A stretch of DNA of 64,000 bases, taken from positions 124,001 to 188,000 of the forward strand of contig JBLDXI010000003.1 of NCBI GenBank assembly GCA_047495785.1, given 5' to 3'. The notes under the pieces were generated by a model that saw only the letters and a program-made list of their open reading frames with translations, made no database searches and was not told where the DNA came from. The DNA is from Lepidodermella squamata (taxonomy: Eukaryota; Animalia; Gastrotricha). The position numbers and the translations under genes were made by a program. Of the stretch, positions 23,601 through 36,052 are shown one piece after another; within the stretch, counting starts at the first letter, position 1; every line of letters starts with the position of its first letter.

Positions 23601-25463
23601 TTCAGCCCTCACTACGTGCTGGTGGCGCTCGACTACGCGTGCATAGTATTTTTCACGCTCGAGCTGATCGTGCACATCGCCGTGTGCCCGCGGCCGCGCC
23701 AGCTCTTCAGGTCGTTCCTAACTTGGGTCGACATCATCACCATCATTCCGCTCTACTTCGTCATTGTGTTCGAGGCGCTCGCCGACGACGAGTACTCGCT
23801 CTTCATCGAACTCGTCAAATCCGTCAAAATTCTACGCATCCTGCTCATTTTCAAAATCGCCAACAATTTCACCGGCGTTCGAGTTTTATGGTAAAATTCA
23901 GAAAATTAGTTCAATTTAAATTTTGAAAGATGAATTAAAAAATCAAAAATCAAAAATCGTTAACAAATTTCAAGATTTTTGAGAATTGTCGAGAACATTT
24001 TACTAATTTTATTGTAATATTTCAGGTATACTTTCAAAGCGTCGGCCAAGGAACTGCTAATGCTGATATTTTTCCTCGGCATTGGCGTACTCTTCTCTGG
24101 CGTCCTCATTTACTACGCCGAGACAATGTTCGGAACTCGCCATTCCGAATTCTCTTCGATACCGATTGGTTTCTGGTGGGGCCTGGTAAGTTCTAATGTT
24201 GAGAAATATTGCAAATTTCGTTTGAATTGAATTTTATTCAGGATTTAAAAATTAAAAATTTAATAGCAATTTAGAATTTTTTAATTTCTGAAATTTTCAA
24301 ATATCTTGATTTTCCCATTTGCTCTTTCAATTTTAAATATTCATAACATTTGAAAAATGTTTCATTTCGATGATAGGTGACTATGACGACGCTTGGCTAC
24401 GGTGATTTCTTCCCGCGCACGCTACCCGGCTACATAGTAGGCGCGTCGTGTGCCATAATCGGTGTGCTCGTCATAGCCCTGCCCATTCCCGTCATCGTCA
24501 ACAACTTCACGGTGTACTACGCCCACGCCCAGGCGCTGTCTTCCATGCCGGCTCGGCCCAAAGTCGTGCTAGCTGCGTCGGCGGCGCGGCGGCTCCAATC
24601 GGCGCCGTCCAGCCTCGACGACGCGGCGTCGATCGGAACTAGGTCAGCGAGGACCTCGCTAGGGGTGCTGCACCCGGCCAACACCCAGCAACAGCCAAAA
24701 CCCGTCAGATTAGGTGAGCCTGTCTATAATTCAAAATCAATATTTTTGATCATGGATTATCGATTATCGATTGGAAAAATCGCCAATATCATTGATTTTT
24801 TTAAATTGAAACTTTAAAATGTTCTCACCAACTTCCAAAATTTTGCAGAATTTTTAAATTAAATTTTTTTTCAATTTCAATGAATTTTTAATTTCATTCT
24901 CCCACAATATTGGCAATTTTTTGAAATCTCTTTCATTTTCATATTTTCCAGCTAATAAATTTTCGACATCCGCCACGAATTTGCTGAGGCGAACCTCGGG
25001 TGCAACGAGGCGTGGTGTGTTGGCGAAAGCGGCCTCGACCACGGTCTACAACCCCGTGGCGTCATCCGCGTCAGTTCAGCCTCGAAACCGGCCATCCCAC
25101 CACCAGTTACTGCCAGTCACCAGCATCAACCCCGGCGAGCTAGTGCCGTTAGTCTCACTGAGCACGCCTCGGGCGCCGTCGAACGACTCTGAGGACGGCC
25201 CGGATGAGTGGTGCTCAGTCGACCGGAGCCAGGAGTCGTTCGACGCGTCGCAGGCCGACGTCAGCAACGTCGACGACAGCCGAGGCGACGTTGCTGCCGC
25301 GCCGACAACGAGCAGCAGCAACAGCAACAGGCAGAAGCTGTTCGTGAGGCGAGCGAGGCAACAGTCGCTGAGCGGCGCCGGCTCGGAGACATCGTCGCGC
25401 GGTGACCGGCGCCGGTTGACCTTTGCCGCCATCCCCGACATTGAAGGTGCCGATGATTCGTAA
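20658..25463 (+). CDS. Shaw/Kv3-family voltage-gated potassium channel; 6 coding exons seen, extra 5' exon possible
   Basis: Exons 20658-21007, 21983-22582, 23606-23890, 24026-24185, 24377-24713 and 24952-25463, in frame. T1 domain [10 protein letters not shown]...FFIDRH...[29 protein letters not shown]...EPCCW is Shaw-type. Also [17 protein letters not shown], filter TMTTLGYGD and [10 protein letters not shown]. Confidence 0.92.
21136..21221 (-). tRNA. tRNA-Tyr(GTA) with 13-nt intron (21172-21184)
   Basis: Reverse complement CCCGTGATAGCTCAGCTGGTAGAGCGGAGGACTGTAG[atgaaaggcagct]ATCCTTAGGTCGGTGGTTCAAGTCCGCCTCGCGGGA. A and B boxes present, intron in the canonical position, T-run downstream. Confidence 0.95.
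21323..21396 (-). tRNA. tRNA-Ile(AAT)
   Basis: Reverse complement GGCCGCTTAGCTCAGTTGGTTAGAGCGTCGTGCTAATAACGCGAAGGTCGTGAGTTCGATCCTCCCAGTGGCCA. Cloverleaf with one T-stem mismatch; TTTT terminator just downstream. Confidence 0.93.
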
Positions 25464-26134
25464 ACAACAAAATCGAATGCTGCTACATATTTTGAATTTG
25501 TGCTAGTTTTATTTATTTTTTCATAACTGAGATTCTCCTCCGAGACAGCAATAACGATGAGCGGAAAGTTGAATAAAGAAGCGATAAGTATGAGTCATTT
25601 GTCAATTAGTGCTATTTACGTGGAAAAGTGCCAAACTACCTAACACTGCCGGATAGGACTCGAGCCCTGCCAGGGATTTTGTCTAGTGCAAGTGATGGCT
25701 CAAATACAATCAGGCGCGGGTGAACATTTCTTCGTCATACTGTATTAAAATTCTCCGAGGACGGAAATAATACGAAATATTAGTAGTGTATTTTTACACG
25801 ACATTTAAATTTCTATTATTGCCACTGACATTGACAAGTGGATAATTAGCGCTTTTACATGTTACGAAGCTGGCATCCCACGTCGAGTTTTTTTGAAGAA
25901 TAAATTACTGATGAGTGCAAGGTGTTTTTTTCAGGTAAACATACAGAAGTCTGCCACTCAGTGCATAATAATCAAGCTATGAGGGATGCTCAACAACCCA
26001 GTTACGCACGGCCTTTCGTCAAGAGGACAGGCGTCCGCGCAGTCTTGGGGTGGCATCGTAATTAGTCAAGAGGCGGCACCGCCGTACTATATAATCAGCT
26101 GTTTCATTATCCAGCATTCTTACAAGTCAGAAAA

Positions 26135-26556
26135 ATGATCAAGTGTTTGGTAGCCGCTATTTTGATGGTTCTGCTAGCTGAATCACAAGCTGGTAGGGCT
26201 TAACAACTACCTACCTATATTTTCCCACCTTTTTCCATCTGTATTCTAGCTTCGACGTTTTACCAGAAATTATGTGATGGTAAGCCGAAAGGGCAGACAA
26301 TCAATGGTGAAGATATTTGCGCAAAGTATACGTGTTACGAAAATGGCCAAATTTCGATGATAGGGTGAGTGCTATATGGTCATTCTCATTTTAGGATCCA
26401 TTTTAATGTCCATTTCTTTAACATATTAGTTGCCCATCGTACATTATGGCTGATGGGAAGCCGCCACCGTGCAATCCGGATGCATTGGAATCCTATCCAA
26501 GCTGCTGCAACAAATGCCCAGACATGGATACGATCTTCGCGGAGTTGAATGCTTGA
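26135..26556 (+). CDS. Small secreted 8-Cys protein, single-domain VWC (SVWC/La1/Vago-like), 99 aa; absent from the ORF track
   Basis: Exons 26135-26192, 26250-26364 and 26430-26556. MIKCLVAAILMVLLAESQA-ASTFYQKLCDGKPKGQTINGEDICAKYTCYENGQISMIGCPSYIMADGKPPPCNPDALESYPSCCNKCPDMDTIFAELNA. TATA-like tatataa at ~26088. Confidence 0.82.
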
Positions 26557-27268
26557 TGATATTGAGAATATGAAATTGGCTGTTTGGTCCAAGCGAAGCT
26601 ACTATTTATTTTATAGTTTTTTTCACACAGTTCAAACAAGTAAAGAAATTGTTCGGACATACGTAATTTCTGACTCTTCACATGCAGTAACTTGAGGTTG
26701 AGAAATCAACGTGGCAGAAAACGATAGATGATTTATCAGCCCCTTCGTGCTAGCGCAAACCATCTTCTTAAGTCAAGTAGGAGTAGGCGGTCTCATTAGA
26801 AAGCTATGAAACAATAGAAAGGAGGGAACGCTACCAGTTGGAAGGGAGAATGCATTTTGGCCGAATTTTCAAGCTGAGTTCAGCTGAGAAGCTATCCTAT
26901 AGTTGAGCGATAAAGCTAGCTTTAGTTTGCCGTGGCGAGCTTCGACGATCTTCGTTATTTCAGCATTTCGAGCCGCGGTAAAAGTCTACAATTGAAACAG
27001 TAGAACAGAATAAAGTGGATTCGACTGCGCTCGCTATAACCCCCGACACATCCCAGTTTCCGCCTGAACATTTAATGGTTGATTTAGTTTCACTATATCG
27101 TGTCAATTATCAACTCAGGCAGCATTTGTTTCTTGCACTTTTGCGTGACACCGGGTGATTTGCCTGAAAATGTCTGTTTTTCGCAGCGCTAAGTGCTATA
27201 TAAAAGACTTCATCAGTTAATTCTCAAAAAAACCCACTTTTTCTTCAAGATAATACTTAAATAAAAAA

Positions 27269-27721
27269 ATGAACAAGTTCATCGCGCTGGTTGCTATCAT
27301 CAGTTCGGTATTGCTGGCCACGACTTTTGCCTGTAATGAAATGTTCGAAACATGATTTTCCAGCCTACTATTTGTTTTTATGCTGATAGCTGTGAGCCTG
27401 TACCCGGCGAAATTCTACGACCAGTTCTGTAAGGGCCGCGAACCTGGCAGCAGTTACTCGAATGGGACAGAGTGCATGCAATACAGTTGTCTCAAGTCGA
27501 AAATGGTGCAAGTCGCCGGGTGAGTGACGAATCTCTTAGCTGATATTCACGCTTATTCTTTTTAACCCTATTACAGCTGTGGTGTGATGGTTGGTGTTAA
27601 ATGCGATCCGAATCCTCCTGCCACCTATCCTGCTTGTTGCAGAAAATGCCTTCCAGGAGAGGACAATGAGAAGCGCGAAGACGAAGGACAACAAGGTGGC
27701 GATGAAGACGACGACGAATGA
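27269..27721 (+). CDS. Second SVWC-like secreted 8-Cys protein with a KR site and acidic tail, 112 aa; absent from the ORF track
   Basis: Exons 27269-27332, 27390-27519 and 27577-27721, same intron phases as the first copy. ...QFCKGREPGSSYSNGTECMQYSCLKSKMVQVAGCGVMVGVKCDPNPPATYPACCRKCLPGEDNEKREDEGQQGGDEDDDE. TATA box tatataaaa at ~27197. Confidence 0.82.
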
Positions 27722-28991
27722 TTCTTGGAATCATATTCTGATTAAAGCTTACCCTGACAAACTAGTTGCGTGAATACTGTTACCGATGAAAAGCCCGGTT
27801 GAAAAAATCCAACTTTATGAGGGCTAAACACTTCCTTGTGGTGATCCTTACAAGTATAATTATGTATTCAGAAATCTGATATCTGATATCGATGGCGGGC
27901 TTTTTATTATTTTTGGGCGAAAATGGAATAGCCCAGAAAGATATATAGTTGTCGAGAAGAAAAGTGGAAGCTGGAAGTCTTGAAATCAGCTGTGTAGCAC
28001 ACTGCAGGAAGATTAGAAAACCCAGCGATAATATAAAAATCTGCCTGATTGCAGCATCAAAGTGCTGCTTAGAAATATTTTAACGTGTACCTAATCGTTT
28101 TACTGGCGAGTTGATGGGCTTACTCAAACCTGATATCCGGGCGCAAAGAGCACTGATCACAGGCGCGGTTATCTCAGATGTCCGACAAGGACAGCCCAAG
28201 TCCGGCGGCCCGAGTGCGGGCCCATTGCTCAATAATAGCACTCGATCCCATTGCTCTCCGCAGTGCTCGGGCCAAAACCTCGGCAGGCCCCTTTTCACTC
28301 ATTTGTTCACACACGGGCACTTTTTAGAGAAGCCCGAACGCGGAGGCTGTTTCCCGACCGCATACAGGCCGGCCCAAACGGACCGAAATCGGTCTTGGGC
28401 CTAAACACTAACTCAGGAAAGTGCGGCGAGCGATAGTCCTTCATCTCTTTTCTGACTCTTTCTTCAACGGAGAGCTGAGTTGGCGGCATTTAGCATTTCT
28501 TCTGCGGCGGGAGGCTTAAACATTCGAACAAATCCTACACCATTTTGTTGCTCTTCTTTCACCTGGGCTCATCTACTGGGTGGCTGATCAATCTCTTAGA
28601 CCTGCCGCCGACAGGTCGACACGAGCTCTGAGCTCTGGAGCTATTTTGCGATATTTGACATCGTCAACAAAAAGGGAAAGGATCTCCAAGCCAAGAGGGA
28701 TTAACCTCAGGTTAGCCGCAAAATCTTGAAAAATGTGTCCAAGTACGCTGAGAATCTTGTCATTTGTCATTCTTATTTCGGCCGGTCGAACTGGGAGTAC
28801 TCCCCGTCTTCCTGCTATAGGCTATAAGTTGTTATCGCATCTCATTTATATCAGATTTAGCGACATCGATTCATGTTATCGCCAAGCTCGACTCTTGATA
28901 AGCAATTTACAAGATAAAAACCAGACCAACATTGCAACATTGGTTGTAAAGCAAAAAGAGCTTACTTTTTTATTCTCAAATTCGATGAGGT

Positions 28992-30632
28992 ATGAGTGAG
29001 TCAAAAGATATCGGCGATGATTTCTATCGCGCCTGTCGGACTGGCGATGTATTCAGGGTGAAGGAATGCGTCGAAAAAGACAGCAGTCTTCCCTTCGAAT
29101 TCTTCGAAAACTGGAATACCTTCAGCGACAGAGAAACTGGTCTCATGGCCGCTGCTGCTCACGGTCATGTCAATATCTGCGATTTTTTGCTCCGTCACCC
29201 GGGTGTTGACATCAATTTCGTCGGCGAGGAAGGCGAGACTGTTTTAACTGTAGCTGTTGCGTTCGATCAACTCGGAATCGCTAGATTTTTGCTGGAAAAC
29301 GGTGCCGATATTAACAGCAATCGATCAGGCACCACCAGTGAGACTCTGTTAACACGAGCTCGTCAAAATCCACAAATGGTTCGCCTATTGGTGGAATTCC
29401 GAGCCGACGTCAACGCAACTAACGGAAAAGGCTGGACGCCCGTAATGTGCAGCTGCGAATGTCGCAGATCCGATATTGTACGTTACCTAGTGCTAGAGGG
29501 ACGAGCCTCAGTCTCACCTAGTCCGGCGTTTGAGTACTATGGCGAAGATCTAAGTGCGGTATCGATAGCTGCTCGTATTGGCTGTTTGCAGTTGTGTCAA
29601 TTTCTCGCAGAACGAATGGGCAGGTAAATTTTAGCAACTACTTGCTAGCCTTCTGTCAACGATTTCTTCTGAAGCGAATTCGATGCAGGCTCAGTGTTGA
29701 GATCGGCATGCCATGGCGCTGGCCGGATGAACAGCTCGAAAGACCCATTCAGAGTTGCCGAATGGGCCTTACAGCAGTTCAAGCAAGATTTCTCGCAAAA
29801 AGACAGATACGGCAACACGGCATTGATCATCGCTGTTTCTAGGGATAACCCCGAACTTGTGGAACTCCTCCTGAAATCGGGAGCCGCTAATACGCTAAAG
29901 ATGGCAAATAAACAAGGCGAAACAGCTCTGTTAATGGCCTACCCTCGTTATATTCAGGCTGACCAGTGGTTTAACTACGACGCTATGATCCGTCTGCTTC
30001 TCAAGTATGGCGCAGATGTACATGAGGCAAATCACATCACCGGCGAGACGATTGTTATGCGCTTATTCAGAATCGATATTCAACCGGATACAGTCGAATT
30101 CATACTCGATTGTGGTGCCGATGTTAAGGTCAACGATTCTTCGGGCAGCGGCGTGTTACAGGTGTTCTGCAATTCAATTCTCGATCGAAGGAATCTTGAG
30201 ATGAAATCTACTGATCAAATGGCGAAATGGCTGAAACTTATTGCCGTCGGATGCGGACTCCAGTTACCATTCAATGAAATGCCGGAAGTAATCCCTGAAA
30301 TTTGCTCGCTGCTCAGCGATGAGGAATTTGAGCTTGCTTTTATCACGTTGGACGCTCCATTTATATCTATAGATTTCGAACAATTGAGGCGCAAAGCGTC
30401 TCTCGTCCATGAAGACTTTTACCGCCAAGATTTGAGGCGAAGGAGGCGCGAAAGAATTGATGACCTCGAGCGTAGATTGGAAAGATTGCGGCCTTTGACT
30501 CTGGCGAGGTTGTGCCGAATCAACATTTTACGCTGCTTACCTGTTGGCTGGCAAAGGAGAGGTCTTGCTTTCGATGAGCTCCGCAGATTCTTGCCAGGCC
30601 CACTTGTCCAATATCTAAGATTTATTGCTTAA
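28992..30632 (+). CDS. Ankyrin-repeat and SOCS-box protein (ASB-like E3 adaptor), 2 exons, ~529 aa
   Basis: Exons 28992-29623 and 29675-30632. Several ankyrin repeats (ETGLMAAAAHGH, GETVLTVAV..FLLENGADIN, GNTALIIAV). C-terminal SOCS box PLTLARLCRINILRCL...LPGPLVQYL. Confidence 0.88.
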
Positions 30633-31048
30633 AGATCAAAAATCAAAACATGCAATTCTTCTTGCAAGAACATACTTACTATTCCATTTTTTCAACTCTT
30701 CACTCTTCAAAAAAGAGTTTCTGCTTGAATAAAAAAGCGCAAGTGCGCTCTGATCACTACGTTCTCTATGATGACTTTTTACTTCAATGTTCCAACCTAT
30801 CGAAATATTTAAAGAAGCTACAGCACTGGTTTCTGTCACCAATTTTCCGCGCCCCCAAATCAACTACCCGCTTTTCCGAAACGACCCCACCTTCAATAAT
30901 GAATGAGTTGCATTAATTACGACTGTCGTTACAGGGCGGAGAGGCGGTTGAGATGGCCACCGCCTCTTCTTATGCTCGTATCATTTTTGAGGCTCAAAAA
31001 AATTATTTTATTTTACGGTGAACAATTTTATTGTTTCAAGCGCAATTT

Positions 31049-31728
31049 TTAATGTGTTATAATGGATGAATAACTGGGGTTTGGCCCTTGGACGATAGGC
31101 GTGACAACAGCTACCGTGACTCCATGGTGATGATGGCTTAGCTGTTGCCGCTCCCGACACGCCTTAAGCATGCCGAGAATGCCCACAACCGAGTAGATGA
31201 AGGCTATGAAAGTTCCGATCACAGTTTGAGCGATCAAAACATCTGTTGACATGCCGATGCAGTTGAAACTAGTCGAAAGGTCGTTGTACCATATCGCAGC
31301 CATTGCCGAGACTTGGCCGTAGTAAGACATTCCCTTCAAGAAATCCTGAAAGCAAAAAATAGGAAATTGTATTCGCGTCTATTTTCTGCGATGAAGCTTA
31401 CGAAAATGAAGGTCAGAAGTCTCTGCTTATAGCGATGGACAAAGAGATAGGCCAACGATCGAAGTATGGTCATAATTGGCAGGATTAAGAGGGCCAGATA
31501 TTTTGATCCTTCACTGCAGTTTGCAACGAAGGAAGAAGCCATCCCGAGGTAGATGATGGCTAAGATTAAGACCGCAGTCCTAGCGATACCCCAGCTAGTT
31601 CGCACCCTTTCAAGAAAAACCTGGCTAGCTTTAGGCTTCGGCTCTAAGGGTAAAGGGTTCGATGAGTAGCCAACTGGCTGTTGGGCCCAGTAGGCACGTT
31701 GCTGGTCTAAGCTAGCCGTTTTCTCCAT
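31049..31728 (-). CDS. Small four-transmembrane protein, paralog 1 (207 aa)
   Basis: Exons 31728-31402 and 31345-31049. Q/P-rich N-terminus (QQRAYWAQQPVGY), four hydrophobic segments, one Cys in each predicted extracellular loop. Confidence 0.75.
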
Positions 31729-32519
31729 CTTTTTTTGATGTCGTATCTGAAGCAACCACAAAAGTGATAATAATGCTTTGTTAAAGAACTGGTATATTCA
31801 GTGGCATGTCTTATCTGCGCACTGATAGCCGTGATTCAGCACATTATTCAGACCGATATTTAATTGCGTTTCAAAAATAAACTTACGGTAAGATAAGCTA
31901 GCATAAATTTGGTAGCAAAAAGAAGCGGTGTATTTTTTTGAAGCTTTTTCATTATAATTGTTGCTCTTATCTCCCATTAATCATATCGAAAAATAGAGCA
32001 GAAATTGGGTGAGTAAGATTTACAAAAGCACCTTTGTTTGATCCAAGGTAATCAAATTTCCGAATGTTGGGAAAGAAAGGAAAAAATGAGCGGGCATTGA
32101 ATTAAAACCTGACCATATGCCCCTTATTTCAATTGTCTTCAACTATTCTAAATTCCAGTTCGAGACTACAGCGTTTCCAATGAGTTGCAGTTTTCTTATT
32201 TTAACTTTTTTTGGTTATCATCTTCGGAATATCATCCGCAATTTCAACACGAAGAATATTTTCTGAGGAAACCAGGAGAGCATAGGTCACGGTAAATAGT
32301 TCGGAAATAACCTACTCATTCACGTGAAATTGACTTGGGAAATTGACACTATAAAATGGAGTAAAACCGAATTATTAGCCCACCTAACGAATACTGAGGG
32401 CAATTTTCCTCCCGTTTCATATTGAGTCCAGATCATATAGCACAATTGGTTTATTTATTCTTATAAATGGTCTATTAATTATTCTATGAAATCAACGCGC
32501 GGATTCAAGGCCTGTCGAT

Positions 32520-33101
32520 TTAAATTGCATTGAACTTTGCAGCCTTGCGTTGCTGTAGATACATTCGTAGACCGATAGCAGCGAGAGCTAAATGAAAAAC
32601 TGCACCAACGGCTCCGATAGCAGTTTCAGCAATAATAGTATCGTCAGACACCTCGATGCATTCGACTCGAAGATCCGAGTCGACAAACCAAATGATGCCC
32701 ATAGCAGTGATTTGGACGCTATACAGTACACCGTACGCAATATCCTGCAAATCACTTGTACAAGAGAAGAATTCGTCTCAATTACCGGAACTTACGACAA
32801 TGAATGTGAAGTTACGCTGTCTGCATTGAATGATGAACAGAGAAGCCAACGATCGGATGATAGTCAATATCGGCAGAATGAACAAGGCTACGTATTGCGA
32901 AGCGCTGTCACACGCTGAGATGAAAAAAGCAGCGAAAGCCAGGTAGGCAGCAGCCAAAAACAGGAGGAATATGCGAGATGCGCCTTGGAATGTTTTAGCC
33001 CGAATCACGAACGTTTGCATGCATGTCGGATCTGGTTCGTGGTTCAAGCTGGTTCGCAATTCAACGCCAGTCGATTGAGTCTGTTGGCCTGCAAGCTCCA
33101 T
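32520..33101 (-). CDS. Small four-transmembrane protein, paralog 2 (176 aa)
   Basis: Exons 33101-32796 and 32744-32520. YVALFILPILTIIRSLA aligns with YLALLILPIMTILRSLA of paralog 1; same intron position. Confidence 0.75.
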
Positions 33102-34356
33102 TTTGGTTACAGTTTTGGCGGCGCTTAATTATTAGAGGAAATTAAGCAAGTATATTGTCCAGTTGTGTACTCAAACTCGCGTATTTATCTGCCCACCTTC
33201 GGTTATCTTATCTTCACATGATTAGAGAATCACGCGAATACAACTTGATACGACTCGCGGACACGTTTGCCACCCACTATGAAGCTGCTGTAATTTTATT
33301 ATTTTAAATTCCAGGAGCTTTCCGAATGTCGAGATTTCTGAATTTTAGTAGGTTATGCCTTGGAATGTCACGTATTCTGAGCTAATTTTGAAAAGCTTGA
33401 GTTGCCGATTGAATAGGCTCTTTTCGCCTCTCGAATAAGGTTAGTGGAACTTATATTGTATCGCTATGCCCTCATTTAATGCCCTCGTAATCTCACAAGA
33501 CGCACACGTTCACGCTCAGGTCTATCGCAAACAGACTCCAAAAAAGCATAGGTTTTACTACAATTGCCTTTCGTGACTCACAAATGTCCGTCAATCGGAC
33601 AGATTTCCAAAGGATGTACAACAACTGTGCACTTTGCACACAGATATTGCTTATTAGTCTTCATTCTTCATTCATTTGTCCGGAATCAAGGCCGGAATCA
33701 GTTAGATGCGACTGATGAAGAACATTTTGGCTCGTCTACGGGTTGGCAATCTTCAACGGTTCTGTGTAGTCCATAGACAAATAATAAGAGACTGGACACT
33801 CTTGCCTTTGCAATACTGCCGAAATTATTCGAATTTACAATTTAAAATTCCTCCTTAAGCACATTTTCAATTAAATATAGGAATTTCAGCCCTCACTATA
33901 TCCTGGCGTTGCAACGGCAGTTTTCATTGGCTGTGGACGAGCCGTGGCCATAAAAGGCAGTAGCTCACGCTCTATTCAACCATATAAATTTGGAAGCTGT
34001 ATCATAAAGATTTCGTCATAAATCAGGGCTTTAAAAACTTTGAGAGCCTGCCTTGCAATTTGCCCCACCTCAGATTCCAGAATGGTACTTGGTACTAATG
34101 GGATCGATGCAGAATTTTATTAGCTTTCTTTTGTTTCTGGTCCACCGAGATGCAACGGGTCAGCATTTCTCCTATCAAACACATTTGTCAGGCTTTGACT
34201 CAATTAAGTTCGGCATAAACCTTAGGTTTCTCGTGGAGAACATTATCCCGCTGTGCTTTGGCTCACGCTTCGCGCACGTAAGCTACAACCCCTTGATCTT
34301 GCGGTTCCTGAACTATTTAATGCAAATTGAAGAGGAGAATCGTCCTTAAGATTATC

Positions 34357-34412
34357 CATAGAGATCAGATTAACCTTATTTTAACCTTAATCAGGTTAAT
34401 CTGATCTCTATG
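34357..34412. mobile_element. 56-bp minimal TIR element with 8-bp TSD
   Basis: Perfect 20-bp inverted arms catagagatcagattaacct / aggttaatctgatctctatg, flanked by agattatc on both sides (34349-34356 and 34413-34420). Confidence 0.8.
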
Positions 34413-34673
34413 AGATTATCAAGCAAGCTTATCAACGGTGTTCATGTTATCGAGTGCCACTGTTCAAATAAATACAATAAAAACCGTTTCATTGCGTGAA
34501 TCGTCATACTTTGATGCGTATCATTTAAGTAGGCGTTGACTGAAATGATTAAAGTGGAAAATACTGAATCGAATTTTACTCATCTCATAAAATGGATCAC
34601 CGAACTGAAACCTGAGATGTATTCCGCAAGCTATATCGTAACATCGCAACTCGCTGTTAATAGTGTGCATTGC

Positions 34674-36052
34674 TTATTGTTGAACTGCGTACGCAACTGG
34701 GGCGTTTTGAACAATGACAGTCTGAGGTGGTGGGCTGTAAGTAAGGTGCGGCGTCTCCGGTTGGCCCAAGCAGCTGCAGCAAGCAGCACTGCAGCCAGCT
34801 ACGAAATGCGCGAGAGTGACCAGCCCCCCAAAAACACCGACAGCGTCGATCGTGCTGCTATCTGGGAAGCACCAGTAGGAAGGATCAATCGGATAATAAC
34901 CGCTCCACGTGTAGCCCCACATCAAATAATAGGCGATAACGAAGAAGGCAAAAGTGCCCCACGACATAATGCCAACTACAATGTCCTGAAATATTGCGAC
35001 AAGTAGTAAGGGAAGGCCAGGTTAGTTTACAGGCTTACCATAATCCCACTTGAACGCGTAACCTTGATTTTTGGCACGAACAAACACGCGGGTTGGTAAA
35101 GGATGTCGAAAATCGGGACAATGAGCGCGAATGCATATGGGGCAGGATTGGAGCAGTAATTGAAAACCAGAGCGACGCTTGTCAGAAAACCGATTGATAA
35201 TAGCTACACATAACAGATAATTTTCATGATTTTTATTAAGACGCTACGCAAAATAAGGTACTAAGATACTTAGAAAATGATCGAGCGTCGAGAGAATGTG
35301 GGAAATTATGAAGCTCCTTAGTCCTGAAGTCCAGATTATCAGCCTTTCTCGGCCGAACATTTTCACGCAAGCTGAATCTATGAATTTTCAGGCAAATAAA
35401 GAAACTACTCGGAAAATCGTCAACTGTACGCCAAACTAGGCATGCATCAGGTTTTGAATTCACTGAAAATTTCAATCGCGCTAGTTTTTGGGATATAGAT
35501 GCATCAGGATGAACTCAAAGGATTCGTTAGCCAGGTTACTGTTTTTCATTTTGTCAAAACAATTGATGAAAATAAACCAGCTAGTTAATGAGACAGATCT
35601 AGCAGAAACAATTTGCGAGATGAGGAATTATTGATTGAAAAAATAGAAAAACACCCATCAGTTTAAAATTCTGAATTTGACTGCTTTGAGTTGAGTGTTT
35701 TCAAAGTTGAACCTTCCACTAGCAACTAAGCATTTCTACAAGCCCACTTTCTGCAAATTTTGCAATCTACCAATGCATTCTACAAGGCTTGAATGCTCTA
35801 ACATCTAATTTCGATTGGGATATCTATCAAAAAGAAAAAATTAATTACGAATATGAGAACTCGAAAGATTCCATAGCCTGTTCGAATTCGTTGGTTGAAC
35901 GCTTGCAGTGGTGTCAGGTGTTCACAATGAGCGGCGACTGTTGGTCCAGGCTGAACGTAAACCACCTGAGGCTGAGTCGGAGCCGCGTAGCCAACTGGTT
36001 GCTGGGCCCAATAGGCCTGTTGCTGCTGTAGTCCGTCTTTTTGCTGCTCCAT
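34674..36052 (-). CDS. Small four-transmembrane protein, paralog 3 (226 aa)
   Basis: Exons 36052-35849, 35203-35039 and 34985-34674. Shares QQQAYWAQQPVGY with paralog 1; last intron is at the same phase-0 position before an Asp; P/Q-rich C-terminal tail. Confidence 0.75.

Noticed and set aside
28261-28770. Possible hAT TIR pair and decayed transposase-like peptides (VEERVRKEMKDY)
   Set aside because: TIR match is poor, there is no TSD, and the peptide similarity is too vague.
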